From positions 76,880,001-76,944,000 of the forward strand of contig NC_043001.1 in NCBI RefSeq assembly GCF_006345805.1: DNA of 64,000 nt, read 5' to 3'. Origin of the DNA: Octopus sinensis. Lineage: Eukaryota. The notes beneath the pieces were generated by a model. That model had not been told where the DNA came from, did not search any database, and saw only the letters and a list, made by a program, of their open reading frames with translations. Both the position numbers and the translations under genes were made by a program. Shown in pieces: positions 1 through 14,056 of the stretch; the first letter of the stretch is position 1; every line of letters begins with the position of its first letter.

Positions 1-860
1 ACTTAAACCTTGTGAGTCAAACGAAGAGAATGGAAACTATGTGGAAGCCTGATAGATGGATTGTACATGTAATTCGAAAGGTATGACCTTGTCTCACATT
101 GTCATACTCTTTCTGTGTAGGACTTACATTAAGGGTACCTACATATGTCTGTAAAATACTCAGCCGCTTACACATAACGTTTGTCAAATAATTAGAAGAC
201 TCTTGTTCAAAACCAATGGAGATCCAGGTATGTGCAGGTGTGTGTCTTTTTAAGCTAAATCACATGCCATAAATCAGGCAGGGGCATCCTTTTTCAAGAA
301 CTGGGCCCCATGAGACATGGCTCACTATCAGATGGGATGCACTGCTACAAAAAAGTTCATGTTAATTTTTCATTAGGTGTGCCGTTCAGAAAGTCCTACA
401 GGTTATAGTTTGTCTATGACTGTTTTTAATCTTGGCTTTTTATTTCTACAACATCTGCATGTTTATTTTTTTTATTTGGGTGGTGTTGGTGATGGTGGGG
501 CTACATTTCTTTTTTTTTTTATGTTTTCATGTTTTCCCTCCTTACCTTCTGTTTTGTTTACTTGGTTGTCCAGTCTTATAGGGTTCTGTCCAAAGTTCAT
601 TGATTCTGCTGTAGCAACTTTACTGGAATATAATTGTAGCCTAAACAAACATTCCGTTTGTTGGTATGCTGACAATTTCAAAGCTAACAAAACTGAACTC
701 AAGAAATCATATTGAAGTAAGAATAGTAAATAAAGCTAATCTTTTGTGTAAATATAAAAAACAAAATCCATACAACAAATATAATTTTGTCAAGGTATAT
801 AATAGGTTTGGGGAAATGGAAAGAATTCCTTAATGATGCAAATAATATTGGTTCAAGGAA

Positions 861-1230
861 AGGTGGCAAGCTGGAAGAAACGTTAGCACGCCGGGCAAAA
901 TGCTTAGCAGTATTTCATCTGTCTTATGTTCCGAGTTCAAATTCCACCGAGGTCAACTTTGCCTTTCATCCTTTCGGGATCGATAAATACCAGTTGCGTA
1001 TTGGGGGCGATCTAATCGACTGCCCCCCACCACCTCCCCAAAAATTTCGGGCATTGTACCTAGATTAGAAAAGAATATTGGTTTATGGAAATTTTGGCAC
1101 AAAGCCAGCAATTTCAAAGGAGAGTGTAAGTCGATTACATCGACCCCCAGTTCTCAACTAGTACTTATTTTCTCAACCCTGAAAGGATGAAAGGCAAAGT
1201 CAGCCTCGGTTGAATTTAAATTCGAATGAT
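861..1230. mobile_element. Two tail-to-tail copies of tRNA-derived SINE family A
   Basis: Head GGTGGCAAGCTGG..., B-box GAGTTCAAATTCC, central GCCTTTCATCCTTTCGGG.TCGAT..TACCAG (recalled as Meta/MESC-domain-like). + copy 861-1075, - copy 1090-1230. Confidence 0.8.
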
Positions 1231-1369
1231 GCAAATACTATTAGTAAGAGAGAGGAGTTTTAGGAGCATCTTCGGTCATTACATCTGTACTTTGGGAAGT
1301 TCTGGTGTGGAAAGTTATATTATTATGAATGTGTTTGTGCGTATGAATGTGTTCATATATATGTGTGTG

Positions 1370-1410
<41 letters not shown>

Positions 1411-1654
1411 TGACATAATATAATGTCTAAAAGTTGATGAACTACCTATTGATCCCCTCTATTTTCTTATTGCTCTATAAATTAATGGTAAAATAACTCT
1501 TTACCGTCACCCATTTAGTACACTTGGTAATGTAATTGCAATGCAGTAAAAAGCACATGTGTATTAATAATTGAGTATTCTACCAGCAGTATATTGGATA
1601 GATATTATCCCATAATTGGTTGAATTCGCAACCACTAACTTTCTTGGAATATAT

Positions 1655-1840
1655 ATAGATCGTTAGCTACTACACACATTTTTTTCTCTCCTTGTTTTTT
1701 CTGTGTACCTTTCTGTAGAAGAGCGTAGGCTCGAAATGTAAAAGACTTTTTCTATTCCTGAGTGCTATACTAATACATCTGTTTGTTTGTACACCACCTG
1801 TTTTCGTCTTTTGTTTATTTTCGTAAACTTTCCCTTTATA
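1655..1840 (+). mobile_element. Penelope-like terminal fragment with a degenerate hammerhead (1709-1744)
   Basis: cttt CTGTAGA a gagc-gtag-gctc GAAA t GTA aaag, between TA runs. Core position A6 is mutated. Confidence 0.55.
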
Positions 1841-2984
1841 TATATATATATATAAATGAGCACATGAGTGAGGGAACAAACAGAAGAAAATGGCTCTCAA
1901 CACATTTGATAGGAGCTACATATATTTTCAATAAGTTTGACTCAGCTCCATATAACTTAGTTTTATGAGTGAAATAAGACACACCCACCCATCTATCCAT
2001 TTATCAATCAGTCTACCTGTCTATCTATCTATCTACCTATCTATCTATCTATCTGTCTCTCTCTCTGTTTATCTATCTATTTATCCGGTCATACATGCAC
2101 CCCTATACATGTACACACATGCACCTCAAAGATTTGGTCATTCATTGAGTTTCATGATCTGGGGTCATTCAGGTGATTCAAGTCAAATATTTTAAATGGT
2201 TACATTCCATTGCCTGAGTATTATTCTCATTGTTTAATCTTTTGTTCTGTTTGTCTCCACTATTCAACCAGTTTTGGTAGTTGGCTATGATATTCAGTGT
2301 AGTTGGTTGTTATTTACTTACTGCTGTCCACTCTTGTCTTAGGATTTTATTCCTGTCAGTAACTCTGTTCAATTTTTCATCATGAATTGATTTTGATGCC
2401 TGCCTTAGGATAATACCACTTCTTGTATTGAATAAGCATTTTTTTTGCATGATACTGTAGTTCCCTGCAATGCATAGTGTGCACTTACTGGATCCATTTG
2501 TACAGGATTCACCATTATCACTTACTGCCCTACATATATTTGTATTTCCTCCTTTAGATTCTGAACCATTATATTCCTTGAACATTGATCCATTAATTTA
2601 TTGAATGTGTCTTTGTAAATATAACGATTCAGGTTTATAAAATACTTGGAAACACAAACTTGAGCATAGTCACTACAACCTTTCTAGCTGCTGAACAGCC
2701 AAAGAAGAATATATGACAAATCACCACACTAAAACTCAAATATGCAGACCCTTATAGCTAAGTAAGGAGTCTTTCTAAGCATAATAATTGCAAGTAGTTT
2801 AATGATATTGTGAGTTAAACTAAAGTTCAAATTAATAAAAAGGGGGAAAAAAAAGATAGAGGGATAAGAGATTAGTTTAAGATTTAATTACAGAAATTGT
2901 GGAGACAGCCAAGAAAAACAAAGAGCTTCCAGTTAGAGCAAGACACAGGAACCTGTTGAGTAACACTGGAGTAATAATTAAGAG

Positions 2985-3830
2985 GCATGGCTGTGTGGTT
3001 TAGAAGCTCTCTTTTCAACCACATGGTTTCAAGTTCAGATCCACTGCATGGCATCTTGGGCAAGAGTATTCTATATAGCCTTGGACCAAATAATTTCTGG
3101 TGAGTGAATTTGGTTGACAGAAATTGTGTGGAAGCCAAAAAGGTGGCGAGCTGGCAGAATTGTTAGCACAGCGGATGAAATGCTTAGCGGTATTTCGTCA
3201 ACTGCTACATTCTGAGTTCAAATTCCGCCGAGGTCGACTTTGCCTTTCATCCTTTCGGGGTCGATTAAATAAGTACCAGTTACACACTGGGGTCGATATA
3301 ATTGACTTAATCCGTTTGTCTATCCTTGTTTGTCCCCTCTGTGTTTAGCCCCTTGTGGGTAGTAAAGAAATAGGTATTTCGTCTGCCACTACATTCTGAG
3401 TTCAAATTCTGCCGAGGTCGACTTTGCCTTTCATCCTTTCAGGGTCAATTAAATAAGCACCAGTTACACACTGGGGTCGATATAATCAACTTAATCAATT
3501 TGTCTGTCCTTGTTTGTCTCCTCTGTGTGTAGCCCCTTGTGGGCAGTAAAGAAATAAGAAACTGTGTGGAAGCCTATCAGCTGTGCATGTGCACCTGTGT
3601 TGGTGTATATTCCACCACTGCTTGACAATTGATGTTGGTTTGTTTACATCCCCCATAACTTAGCAGTTCAGCAAAAGAGAGCAATAGAATAAGTACCAGA
3701 CCTCAAAAAAAAAATAACTAAGTACCAGTATCACTTTGTTTGACTAAGCCCTTCAAAGTAGACTAAATCCTTAAGGGTGATGTCCCAACTTGGCTGCTGT
3801 CCAGTGACTGAAACAAGTAAGAGATAACAG
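2985..3830 (+). mobile_element. CORE-type SINE (family B) interrupted by a dimeric family A SINE (3137-3556)
   Basis: GGCTGTGTGGT..AGTTCAGATCC..CTTGGGCAAG head/core. The insertion is flanked by an 18-bp TSD AGAAA(T/C)TGTGTGGAAGCC (3119-3136, 3557-3574). Confidence 0.85.
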
Positions 3831-4747
3831 ATAAGTTAGCTATTTCAGTCAATATCTTAGTTTCTGCATAGAGAGAAGGAGAGACAGTGAGAGGGGGGAG
3901 AGAGAGAGAGAGGGTGTGTGTGTGTACATGCATGAGTGTAACAAAAGTTCTTTCTTGTGGTGGTTAATGTAGCCAGTCTCTCTCTCTCTCTGTCACAAAG
4001 TAAAACTAGAACCTGCGATGTGATTTCAATCCCAGTTTATAGCCTGCTATTTCACTAACGTCACAGCTAACCTTGTGGATGATGTGAACGACACAACAGC
4101 AATATTCCACCTTCCCATCTTGAATGAGGTCATTGTTTACGACATTGTCAAGCAAAAAAAAAATACGTTTGATGCTTCAGCACACACACACACACACACC
4201 CATCTGCTTGTGAAATGAGCCTATGTTTGTTGTGTGAGGGTGGTGAAATAAATACATAAAAATACATAAAAATAGATTTATCTTGATGTATGTGATATTA
4301 CCACTTGCCTGTTTGTGTGTGTGTGCATATGTGTGTGTATGCATACATGTGTGTGTATATGTATGTGTAATGATATCCTGACGTTCTTCCTTTCTTGCTC
4401 CTTGTCTCTTTCTATCATCTATATACATAAAAAATATCACACACACACACACATGCATGCACATATAGAGAGAGCTGTGGACAGAAAGACACTGTTATAA
4501 GTGTGTGCGTGTGTGTGTGTGGAGAGAGGAAGAGAGAAACATTACTATACATACACATGTTTGTATTAATACCCCTATTTTTCTGACACATGGCGAAGAT
4601 GTGAATGTGTGTGTGTGTGTATGGTGAGAGTGGAACATACATAAACAAACACATTTTCCATGTTGTCTTTGTGACACTTTGGGTAGATGTGTGTTTGTGA
4701 ATGAATGTCAGTGTTTCTGTACGCATGTGTATGTGTGTGTGTGTAAT

Positions 4748-4783
<36 letters not shown>

Positions 4784-5169
4784 TGTGTGCGCATTTAGGG
4801 GTTAAATGAAGAATAATGGAAGCTATCTGAAGCTCAAGATTATGGGTGGATGGGTAAATAAATCGAAAAAATACAAATAATCAAATAAGAACTACGTCTT
4901 TAAAGCTTATTCCCCTGAGTCAAAATATGATATTCTGGAACCAAATCGCAACATTACAGAATTAATATAGCATTGCATCACAGAATTACATAGCGTGCAG
5001 AAGAACTACAAAGCATCTGGAACCAAATTACAGAATTAGAGAATTAATATAGCAATCACATCACAGAATGACTGAGAACAAAATAATTGTGTTGTCATTA
5101 ATAGCAAACGTTGCCCAGGTGGAAAAGTATCAAATTATCATAGAAGACATTTAAAGGTGTTTGTTTATT

Positions 5170-6000
5170 AGAACTGTTTGCACATCTGACAAAATGCTTT
5201 GTAGTTTTTCTTCGAATTCTTTGCATTCTGAGTTCAAATCCTGCTGAAGTCAATTTTGCCTTTCATCTTTTTAGGGGTAGATAAAATAACTCCCAGTTGA
5301 GCACTGTAGTTGATGTAATTGACTTACCCTGTCCCTCCGAAATTGTTGGCCTTGTGCCAAAATTTGAAACCATTATTATTATTATTATTATTATTATAAA
5401 AGTGGCAAGCTGGTACAATGGTTGGAACATCAGGAGCAAATGCTTGGTGGCATATCTGCTGTCATTTTTTTACATTTTGACTTCAAATTCCACCATGGTC
5501 AACTTTGCTTTTCATTCAGTTGGTGGATAGGGGTTGATGAGAATAAGTACCAGTTTAGCATTGGGGTTGATACAATTGATGATCGTCCTCCCGCAAATTA
5601 GAAACAATTATTATTATAAAGGTGATGCACTTGCAAAATCGTTACCATTCCTGATAAAACTGTTAGCAGCATTTCTTCTGGGTTCAAATTTCACTATGTT
5701 CAACTTTGACTTGCATCATTTCAGGGTTGATAAAAATAAGGACCAGTTTAGCACTGGGGTTGATGCAATTGCCTACCCCCATTTCCAAGCTAGCTCAATT
5801 GTTAGTGTGCTAGGCTAAATGCTTAGTGGTATTCCTTCTGGCTTCAAATTCAGGAAGATCAACTTTATTTTGCATCATTTCAGAGGTGATAAAAAAATAA
5901 GTACCAGTTGAATACTGGTGAAAGTAATGGGGGTGGTTGTGTAATTCACTTCCTCCTCCTGCTAGATTTGCTGGCCTTGTGCCAAAATTTGAAACCATTA
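5170..6000 (+). mobile_element. Head-to-tail array of old family A SINEs
   Basis: About four CpG-decayed copies, mostly separated by (TTA)n. Confidence 0.75.
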
Positions 6001-6604
6001 TTTTCATCATCACCTGGTAGAATTGCAAGTAACAGGTGTAAGCAGATTCATACACCAGCAAACAGAATGACGACACTTGAACTGTTTTGTACTGACACTT
6101 TATATATTTATATATTTTCTTTATTTACCATCTTTCCCCGCTTCCTTCCCTCCTTCCTTCCTAGTTTTCTTTTTTGTTTGTTTGTTTTCCTTTGATGTAA
6201 ACTTTCCTAGTCGTTTCATTACATTTGCACATCTTACAGAGTGAAGTGGATCACCGTTGCCAAAGCTAGTGTTGCACTGTGAGAATGGAGTTTAATGGTT
6301 GGGATTGATTTACGGTTATTTCAGGGCTTACGTCATGGGATTTTGTTGTTCATTAGTCAGTAGTCAGTTAACTTTTTTTCCCCACCATATATTTGTTGAA
6401 ATACAATGCCAATGCAATTTTAGCATGTGATCTACCTGGCTATTTACACTTTAGCATGCAGTATAACACTAACCCTTAACCTCTAATCCTAACCTTTAAC
6501 CTCTAACCCTAACTCAGATCCTTAACTTAAACACTAACCCTAAACCTAACCCAGAATAAGTCATTTTAGAGTGTAGACCGCACACTAAAGTAACACCACA
6601 CCAC

Positions 6605-7043
6605 CTTAATTTCAGTTAATTTTGATGGAAGGTTTTAATGTAAATCATTTCATCTGTTTTGCTACCATAATTCTGTTTGAAATACACTGCCTTTTATTTT
6701 TTATTTATTTTATTTTATCTAGTTTCAGCTCACGAGCTCTGGCCATGCTGGGGCCAATTAATTTTGAAATTAACGAAGAATTTGGTAAACTAACTTTGTC
6801 ATTATGAAGCTAATATTTGGAACATTAATTAACGTGAGATTTTGGTGGAAGGTTTTGCTTTAGATAACTTTAACGCTTTTGTTACAATATTTCTTTGTTT
6901 CAATTATTTTGAAATTAATGAATAATTTGGCAAATTAACATGAAATGTTGATGGGGAGAAAAGTTTTAATTTAAATCATTTTAATACAAGAGGTCTCTAT
7001 CGTGGACCTGGGGTTGGTCTCAGACAAGTTGGTATTAGAAGGG
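6605..7043. mobile_element. piggyBac-like MITE remnant, same family as 38195-38412, interrupted by a short SINE-tail fragment
   Basis: Similar to the reverse complement of 38195-38400; terminal AGAAGGG|TTAA. Confidence 0.45.
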
Positions 7044-7451
7044 TTAATGAGGGACAATGTTTATTATGTTTTGTGGCATTAATACTTTTGATATTGGTGT
7101 AGTTGATGATCACCAACTTTGTCATTAATTATTAGTTAATTGGAAATCCATCCCTGTTTATTTTGAACACATGAAATTTCTGAAAAGAGAAGTTACAGTG
7201 TTGAGAGGAATAACTGGATAAAGTGTTTAGTGAGAGTCTGGAGATGAGATTTAGTTAGGAGGGTGAGATGGGTAGTGGTACACAGCTTACTAGTGTATAT
7301 CACTTCTTGGGTTGATGTGGTGCAAAACTTACTACTAGTTCAGAAGCGATTTATAGCGACAGAAAAGGCGGAGAGAAGAAACAACTCTCTGTGGTCCAAT
7401 GGTTTGTTGGTGTGTGAGATTTTACCAGTCTAGAGCCAGGGTAACCAACCA

Positions 7452-7600
7452 CTGGGCTGCAGATCAGTATTGAACCATAGAACAGTATCGGGCTGAAAAC
7501 TAGTACCGAACCACATACCAGTGTCAGGCCACAGACCAGTGTTGGGCCTTAGACCAGTATCAGGCCACAGACTAGTACTGCACCATTTGCTACCAGGCCA
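7452..7600. repeat. 18-bp degenerate minisatellite
   Basis: Consensus CCAGTATCAGGCCACAGA, about 7-8 copies. Confidence 0.8.
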
Positions 7601-9725
7601 CATACAAAGAATACATTTTTGAATTTTATTGGCTAACACAATCTGCACTGTTTTAATTTGAACAACTGCCACTTCTGTTGGTGCATTTTTCCTGCACTTG
7701 TCCAAGTCACAGTTTTCTGAAGGCACCTCAAGCTAACTGCAACAAAAGTGTTAAATTCTGTTTTTTATTTACATCTTTTCTAGTGTTTATTAATGATTAT
7801 TTTGTAGAAAATTGGTTTATTTAAGTATGATACAATTTTCTTAGGATGAGAACTTAGTTACAGTACCCTAATTCTAGCAAAAATAAGTAAAAACACAAAA
7901 ATTGCTGGGAATCTTCTTTGGAAGAAAGGGAAACCAGTTTAGGGCTCTCATTGATTCTGCATTATGGTAAGTTGTATTACATCTATTAGTAGGTGACAAA
8001 AAGAGAAATAAAGTGCGTAATACATAATACAATAATTAAATTATTGTACTTTTTTGAATATAAGGCACACTTTTCTTTCCCAAGAATTCCTCCTAAAAAT
8101 ACCTCTGGAACTTATATGCTTGGGGCTGCAGTAGAACACAATTGTGCAAGGTGTCACACAGTGGGACTGAACTTGGAAGCATGTGGCAGGGAAGAAAACT
8201 CCTTACCATACAGCCATGCCTGCACCTTTATCATCATTATCATCATCATTCTTTTTCCATGCTGGCATGAGTTAGACAGTTTGACCACAGCTAGCAAGCT
8301 TGGAAGCTACTCCAGGTTCCAGTCTGATTTGGCTTGGTTTCTGCAGCTGGATGCCCTTCCTAATGCCAACCATTTTACAGTGTGTGCTTGGTGCTTTTAA
8401 CGCCCTACTGGCATGAGTGCTCCTATGTGGCACTGGCACGAGTGCATACTACATGGCACGGATATGAGTGGTTTTTACATGGTAACAGTACAAGACTCTT
8501 ACTGGCCGATCCTCTTCACCAGGGGATGCAACCTTAGCACTTGCACTATGGAGGATGGGTCCTCTTGAGTACATCTAGGTGCCAGGTATTTCGGTCCTTT
8601 TCCCTCAACAGCAAATAATTTCAATCATAATATTCTTCTACAAAAGATTGATTGGTACATAAAAGGTAGTGAAATATTTGGTAGATATCTGATTTCAGCA
8701 CTGAAAGTGTTACAATGCAGTTTTACTGTTTTAAAGCAGTAGAATGTACTTCGAGGTTGATTTGGTTGCTACTTCAAGCAGACTGAACAACTACATAGAG
8801 GCTATCACAGCTTGTAGAAAATATATGAGCAAGTTATATTAATTTCTTCTAACCTTGTAACCTTGTTCTGTGAGTGGCTATTAACAGAACAGTTTCCTTC
8901 TCACAACTTCCTGGTCGGTCTTAAATTCGTCACTGAAAACGATCTGCTGGTGAGTGAATCATACATCTCCTCTCTCTCTCTCTCTCTCTCTCTTGTAATT
9001 TCAGCTCAGACATGTATGTATTATGTATGTGTATATATATATATATATATATATCATCATCATCATCATCATCATCATCGTTTAACGTCCGTTTTCCGCG
9101 CTAGCACGGGTTGGACGGTTTCGACCGGGGTCTGGGGAGCTCGGGGCTGCCCCAGGCTCCAGTCTAGTCTGGCAGTGTTTCTACAGCTGGATGCCCTTCC
9201 TAACGCCAACCACTCCGCGAGTGTAGTGGGTGCTTTTTACGTGCCACCTGCACAGGTGCCAGAGGGGTCTGGCATCGGCCACGTTCGGATGGTGCTTTTT
9301 ATGTGTGGGGGGGGTGCAGAAATAGAGGGGAGCACCAGTGGGGAGGGGTGGTTCAGAGAAATGATGACAGGTTCTAGGCAAGTAGAATGTAGGATATCGA
9401 GAGAGGGGTAATGCATGGTGAAATAGCGTATTGAAGAGGGGGGTTCGAAGAGTAGACACCTATAATGGTGGTGGGAGAAGCGACATCCGGTATAGATGGA
9501 GCAAAATATAGAGATATCCGGTATTGGTGGTGGGGGTGGGAGGGCGGGCGCACCGCGCATTGGGAGATGAGGTTTTAGGCGGCAGAAAGAAGACAGGATT
9601 GAGATGAAATGCTTTGCGGTGGTGTGAATAAAGGAAACAGGTCGGGAACTTAGCTGATGTTTTTTCATCCTGCGGAAGCGAGTGAAGGTGAGATATATAC
9701 CGAGAGGGAGAGAGAGAGAGAGATA

Positions 9726-9761
<36 letters not shown>

Positions 9762-10069
9762 CAGTGAAAACAGAGGGAGAACCGACACCACATAGCGAGA
9801 GAGAGAATTGGGAGATGAGGTTTTAGGCGGCAGAAACAAGACAGGGTTGAGATGAAATGCTTTGCGGTGGTGTGAATAAGTTTTTGTGAGTGAAAGTTTT
9901 TATGCTTCAGCTAGCATTTGAGACGAAAGACAACGATAACGCTATTAGATGGGGATACAATAATAATAAGGCTTGCAAAAACAATAAAAAGAGGAAACAG
10001 GTCGGGAACTTAGCTGATGTTTTTTCATCCTGCGGAAGCGAGTGAAGGTGAGATATATACCGAGAGGGA

Positions 10070-10107
<38 letters not shown>

Positions 10108-10310
10108 TATATATATATATACATATATACATACATATACATACATATACACATATATATACATATATACACATATACATATATATATACATATATACAT
10201 ATATATACATATACACACACACATACATATATATACATATACACATATATATACATATACACATACACATACATACATATATACACATATACATACATAC
10301 ACATACATAC

Positions 10311-10344
<34 letters not shown>

Positions 10345-10426
10345 ATATACAATATTACATCATATAATACACATATACATATATATATATATACATATAC
10401 ATATATATATATATATAATTTAATCC

Positions 10427-11300
10427 AAACGGAAACAAAAAAACAACAACAATGGAACAATACAGTATTATTATTAATAGGCGCTCAGGAAATGGAAGCA
10501 GGAAGGTTATGACGTTTCGAGCGGAGCTCTTCGTCGGAAACATAAAGAAGGAAGAGAGAGGAAGAAAAGATCCCCAAGCGGGCAACAAGATGGAGAAAAA
10601 AACGACTGGTGTTTACGAAGTTCACATGGTGAAAGGCGGAAGTTTACGATAACAAGAACAAAGTAGGTTTTTAAAGCCAAAAGAGTGGAGACAGGGTTGG
10701 TAACGCAACAGATGTGTGTGTATGTGTGAGTGTGTGCGTGTGTGTATGTGTGTGTGAGGCGAGATAAAAAAACAAAAAATATATGTATGTGTTAGTGTGT
10801 GCGTCTGTGTGTAGGCGTGTGAGGTAGGGCGAGACAGTAGTAGGCATAGCAGACAGTGGTCAGTAGTAAGAAAATGAAGGAAGGAGGAAGGGAGGGAGGG
10901 GAAGGGGTGGGGGCGTATGTAGCGTGCCAGCGTGTGTTGAGTAGTAGTGTGTGTGTGTCCAGTGTCGTGGTAGTATTAATGGCGAGTAGATTGAATGTGT
11001 GTAAGAGTAATGTATATATTTAAGCAATGTGTGTGTGAGTGGGTGTGTATATGTGTGCGCGTGTGTGTAACAAAAAAGGGGGGGTTAAGGAAAAAGGACT
11101 CCAGCTGAGGGGAAGATGGAAGAGTGGTCCCGCGGAGACGGGCGTGGGAGAACCCAACGACAAGCGACGGTCCCAGGAACGAGCGGGAGGTCTCGTCGGG
11201 TCCAAGAGCGAGGTGCATGCAGCGCGTATGCGTGCGCGAACCGGCGCAAGCGCGTGTGTGCGCGCGCCTGCGAGTATGCGCGTAAGTATGTATGTGTGTG
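10427..11300 (-). mobile_element. Penelope-like 3' region with a minimal hammerhead (10506-10541), ending in (TA)n
   Basis: Minus strand: gttt CCGACGA a gagc-tcc-gctc GAAA cg TC^ ataac. CpG-rich upstream part (11070-11300) and CA-rich spacer. Same family as 32540-32755 and 23404-23601. Confidence 0.65.
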
Positions 11301-11778
11301 GATGTGTGAGTGTGTCTGTGTGTATGTCTGCGTGTCAGTGTGTCCGATGAATGTATGTGAGTATGTGTGTATATATGTGTGTGCATAGATGTATGTCCGT
11401 GTGTGTGTGTGTGTGTGTATGTGTATGAGTGTGTATGTATGTACGTGTGGGTGTGTGGAAGTGTGTGTATGTGCATGTGTGTGCGCGTACATACAGGTGT
11501 GTGAGTGTGTGTGTGTGTATGTATGTGTGAGTGTGTATGTATGTGTGTGTAGGATGCATGTATGTGTATGTATGTGTGTGTGTATGTATGTATGTGTACG
11601 TGCGTGTGTGTGTGTGTATGCGTGTAGGTGTGCGCGTGTGCATGCATGCATGCATGTGCGTATGTGTGTGTGTGTGCATGTGTGTGGGTATATATGTATG
11701 TGCGTATATGTGTGTGTATGTGCGTACATGTGTGTGTGTGTATGCATGTGTGTGTATGTAGATATATATATATATATA

Positions 11779-12188
11779 CTCTTTTACTTGTTTCAGTCAT
11801 GTGACTGTGGCCATGCTGGAGCACCGCCTTTAGTCGAGCAAATCGACCCCAGGACTTATTCTTTGTAAGCCTAGTACTTATTCTATCGGTCTCTTTTGTC
11901 GAACCGCTAAGTTACAGGGCCGTAAACACACCAGCATCGGTTGTCAAGCGATGTTGGGGGGGGGACAAACACAGACACACAAGCATACACACACACACAC
12001 ATATATATATATATACACATATATACGATGGGCTTCTTTCAGTTTCCATCCACCAAATCCACCCACAAGGCTTTGGTCAGCCCGAGGCTATAGTAGAAGA
12101 CACTTTGCCCAAGGTACCATGCAGTGGGACTGAACCTGGAACCATGTGGTTCATAAGCAAGCTGCTTATCACACAGCCACTCCTACGC
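11779..12188 (-). mobile_element. Young full-length family B (CORE) SINE; further copies at about 22455-22828(-), 26505-26900(+), 34606-34995(-), 56800-57070(-), 60520-60720(-)
   Basis: tRNA-like head, CCTTGGGCAA core, internal TA/CA microsatellite and 3' ATGACTGAAACAAGTAAAAGAG tail. Confidence 0.85.
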
Positions 12189-12588
12189 ATATATATATAT
12201 ATATGTATGCATATATAATGAAGAATTTGATCATTATTAAGCTGGTGGTTGAAACATAAATTGATTTCAAATTTGGGTTCAAGGCCAGCAATTTCAGGGA
12301 GTGGGATCAGTGAATTACATCGACCCCTGTGTTCAACTAGTACTTATCTTATCCACCCCATGCATGCATGCATAAGTTTCTCTGTTTCTCTCTCTCTCTG
12401 CTCAGACATGTATGTATTATGTATATATGTATCCATGCATACCTGCATAGTTCTTCTCTCATTCATTCATGCACACCTGCATGAATGAATGAATGATTAG
12501 ATGAGTGAGGGAGAAAAATTTTTTTGCAGAAAGCTGGTCACTAACAGAGTGACAAGTCTTCTTTTGTTTGAGTTCCGTGCGTGCGCGC

Positions 12589-12623
<35 letters not shown>

Positions 12624-13576
12624 TGAGTAGGTGTATATTTATCTAAGAGCCATATTTAGGTATACATGCACTCTAGTAATGGTTGTGTTTGTCTGTACAT
12701 GACTGCTTATATTTGATTACTCTTTATGTGTTTATGTGCATAGGCCTATGTGTCCTTATGTATTGCATGTGTGTATGTGTGTACAGCTTGCATGTATGGC
12801 TTGCCTGTATTGCCTCTGTTATATTTAGTCCAAGTATTAGACAGTATTTGGTGCCAATCCCTTCTCTTAACATGGCAGCAATATATAATGTGTTACAGGA
12901 CAGTAAAATTAAACCAATGAAATTTCCCAATCACAATTAGATATCCGTTTCTTTTGTACGTTCAAGCAAACATAAACTTAACTTCCTATGAGTTTAGCTA
13001 ATTGCTTGCATGCCTTCTTTGTTCATCTCTCACCTTTCAGATACCCCCACCAAGCATCATCATCATCATCACCATCGTTTTAATCTTCACTTTTAATGTC
13101 CTGGGTATGACTTCGAACTTCTTCTGGTGATGAGGCCCTGGTTCAGGACTTCCAGTGTTTGGAGAAGTGTGGAGTCACTTCTTAGCCATTTGTGTTCCGA
13201 GATCTACTCTGACGTGGAGTAGTAGCTAGCATTTGTCAGAGTCCTAGCTATGGGTTTAAGTAGCATGTAACCATATGAGCCAGGATACATTGAAATTATG
13301 GGACACAACATGAATCTGTTGAGTCTGTACCTGAGCTGATGAACACACAACAAAGTGTTAATAGCCATGATCAACCAGTTCTAACTTGGCTCCACCTGTA
13401 AGATCATGCACTGTTTATCTTGATATGAGATCACCATGTCACGCACTTATGGTTGTGATGCATGTGCCTTATCAGACGGGTAGTCATGATGGGTATACTG
13501 GGCTTCTTATATTTTACCCCATTGCCACTTTGACGGCATGCACTGCTCTCTCACTCAATAATAATAGTAATAATAA

Positions 13577-14024
13577 TCCTTTTTACTATAGGCACAAGGC
13601 CTAAAATTTTGAGGAGGGAGCTCATCAATTACATTGACCTCAGTTCTCAACTGGTACTTGATTTATCCATCCTGAAAGAATAAAGGGCAAAGTCAACCTT
13701 GGTAGAATTTGAACTTAGAACATAAAGACAGATGAAATACTGCTAAGCATTTTCCTGGAGTGCTAACGATTCTTCTAGTTATCTGCCTTAATAATAATAG
13801 TAATAATGGTTTCAATTTTGGGGACAAGGTCCGCAATTTTAGTGGGAGTGGATTAGTCAATTACATTGACTAATCCAATGCTCAGCTGGTACTAATTTTA
13901 TCCACCCTGAAACATTGAAAGGCAAAGTTGACCTTGGTGGTCTTTGCACTCAGAACATAGAGCTGTTAGAAATGCCACTAAGCATTTTGTCCAAACTCCC
14001 TAACAATTTTTCCTGTTCACTGCC

Positions 14025-14056
<32 letters not shown>

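Noticed and set aside
2310-2690. Minus-strand ORF MFKEYNG... with GTAAGT donors, and ORF 472-702
   Set aside because: No recognisable domain, and I could not build phase-consistent splicing between them. Left unannotated.
7430-7726. ORF with WPDTGL hexapeptide repeats
   Set aside because: Explained by the 18-bp minisatellite; no supporting exon structure.
9630-9665. GAAACAGGTC...CTGATGT as a type II hammerhead
   Set aside because: The core is CUGAUGU and no convincing stem I or stem II pairing was found.
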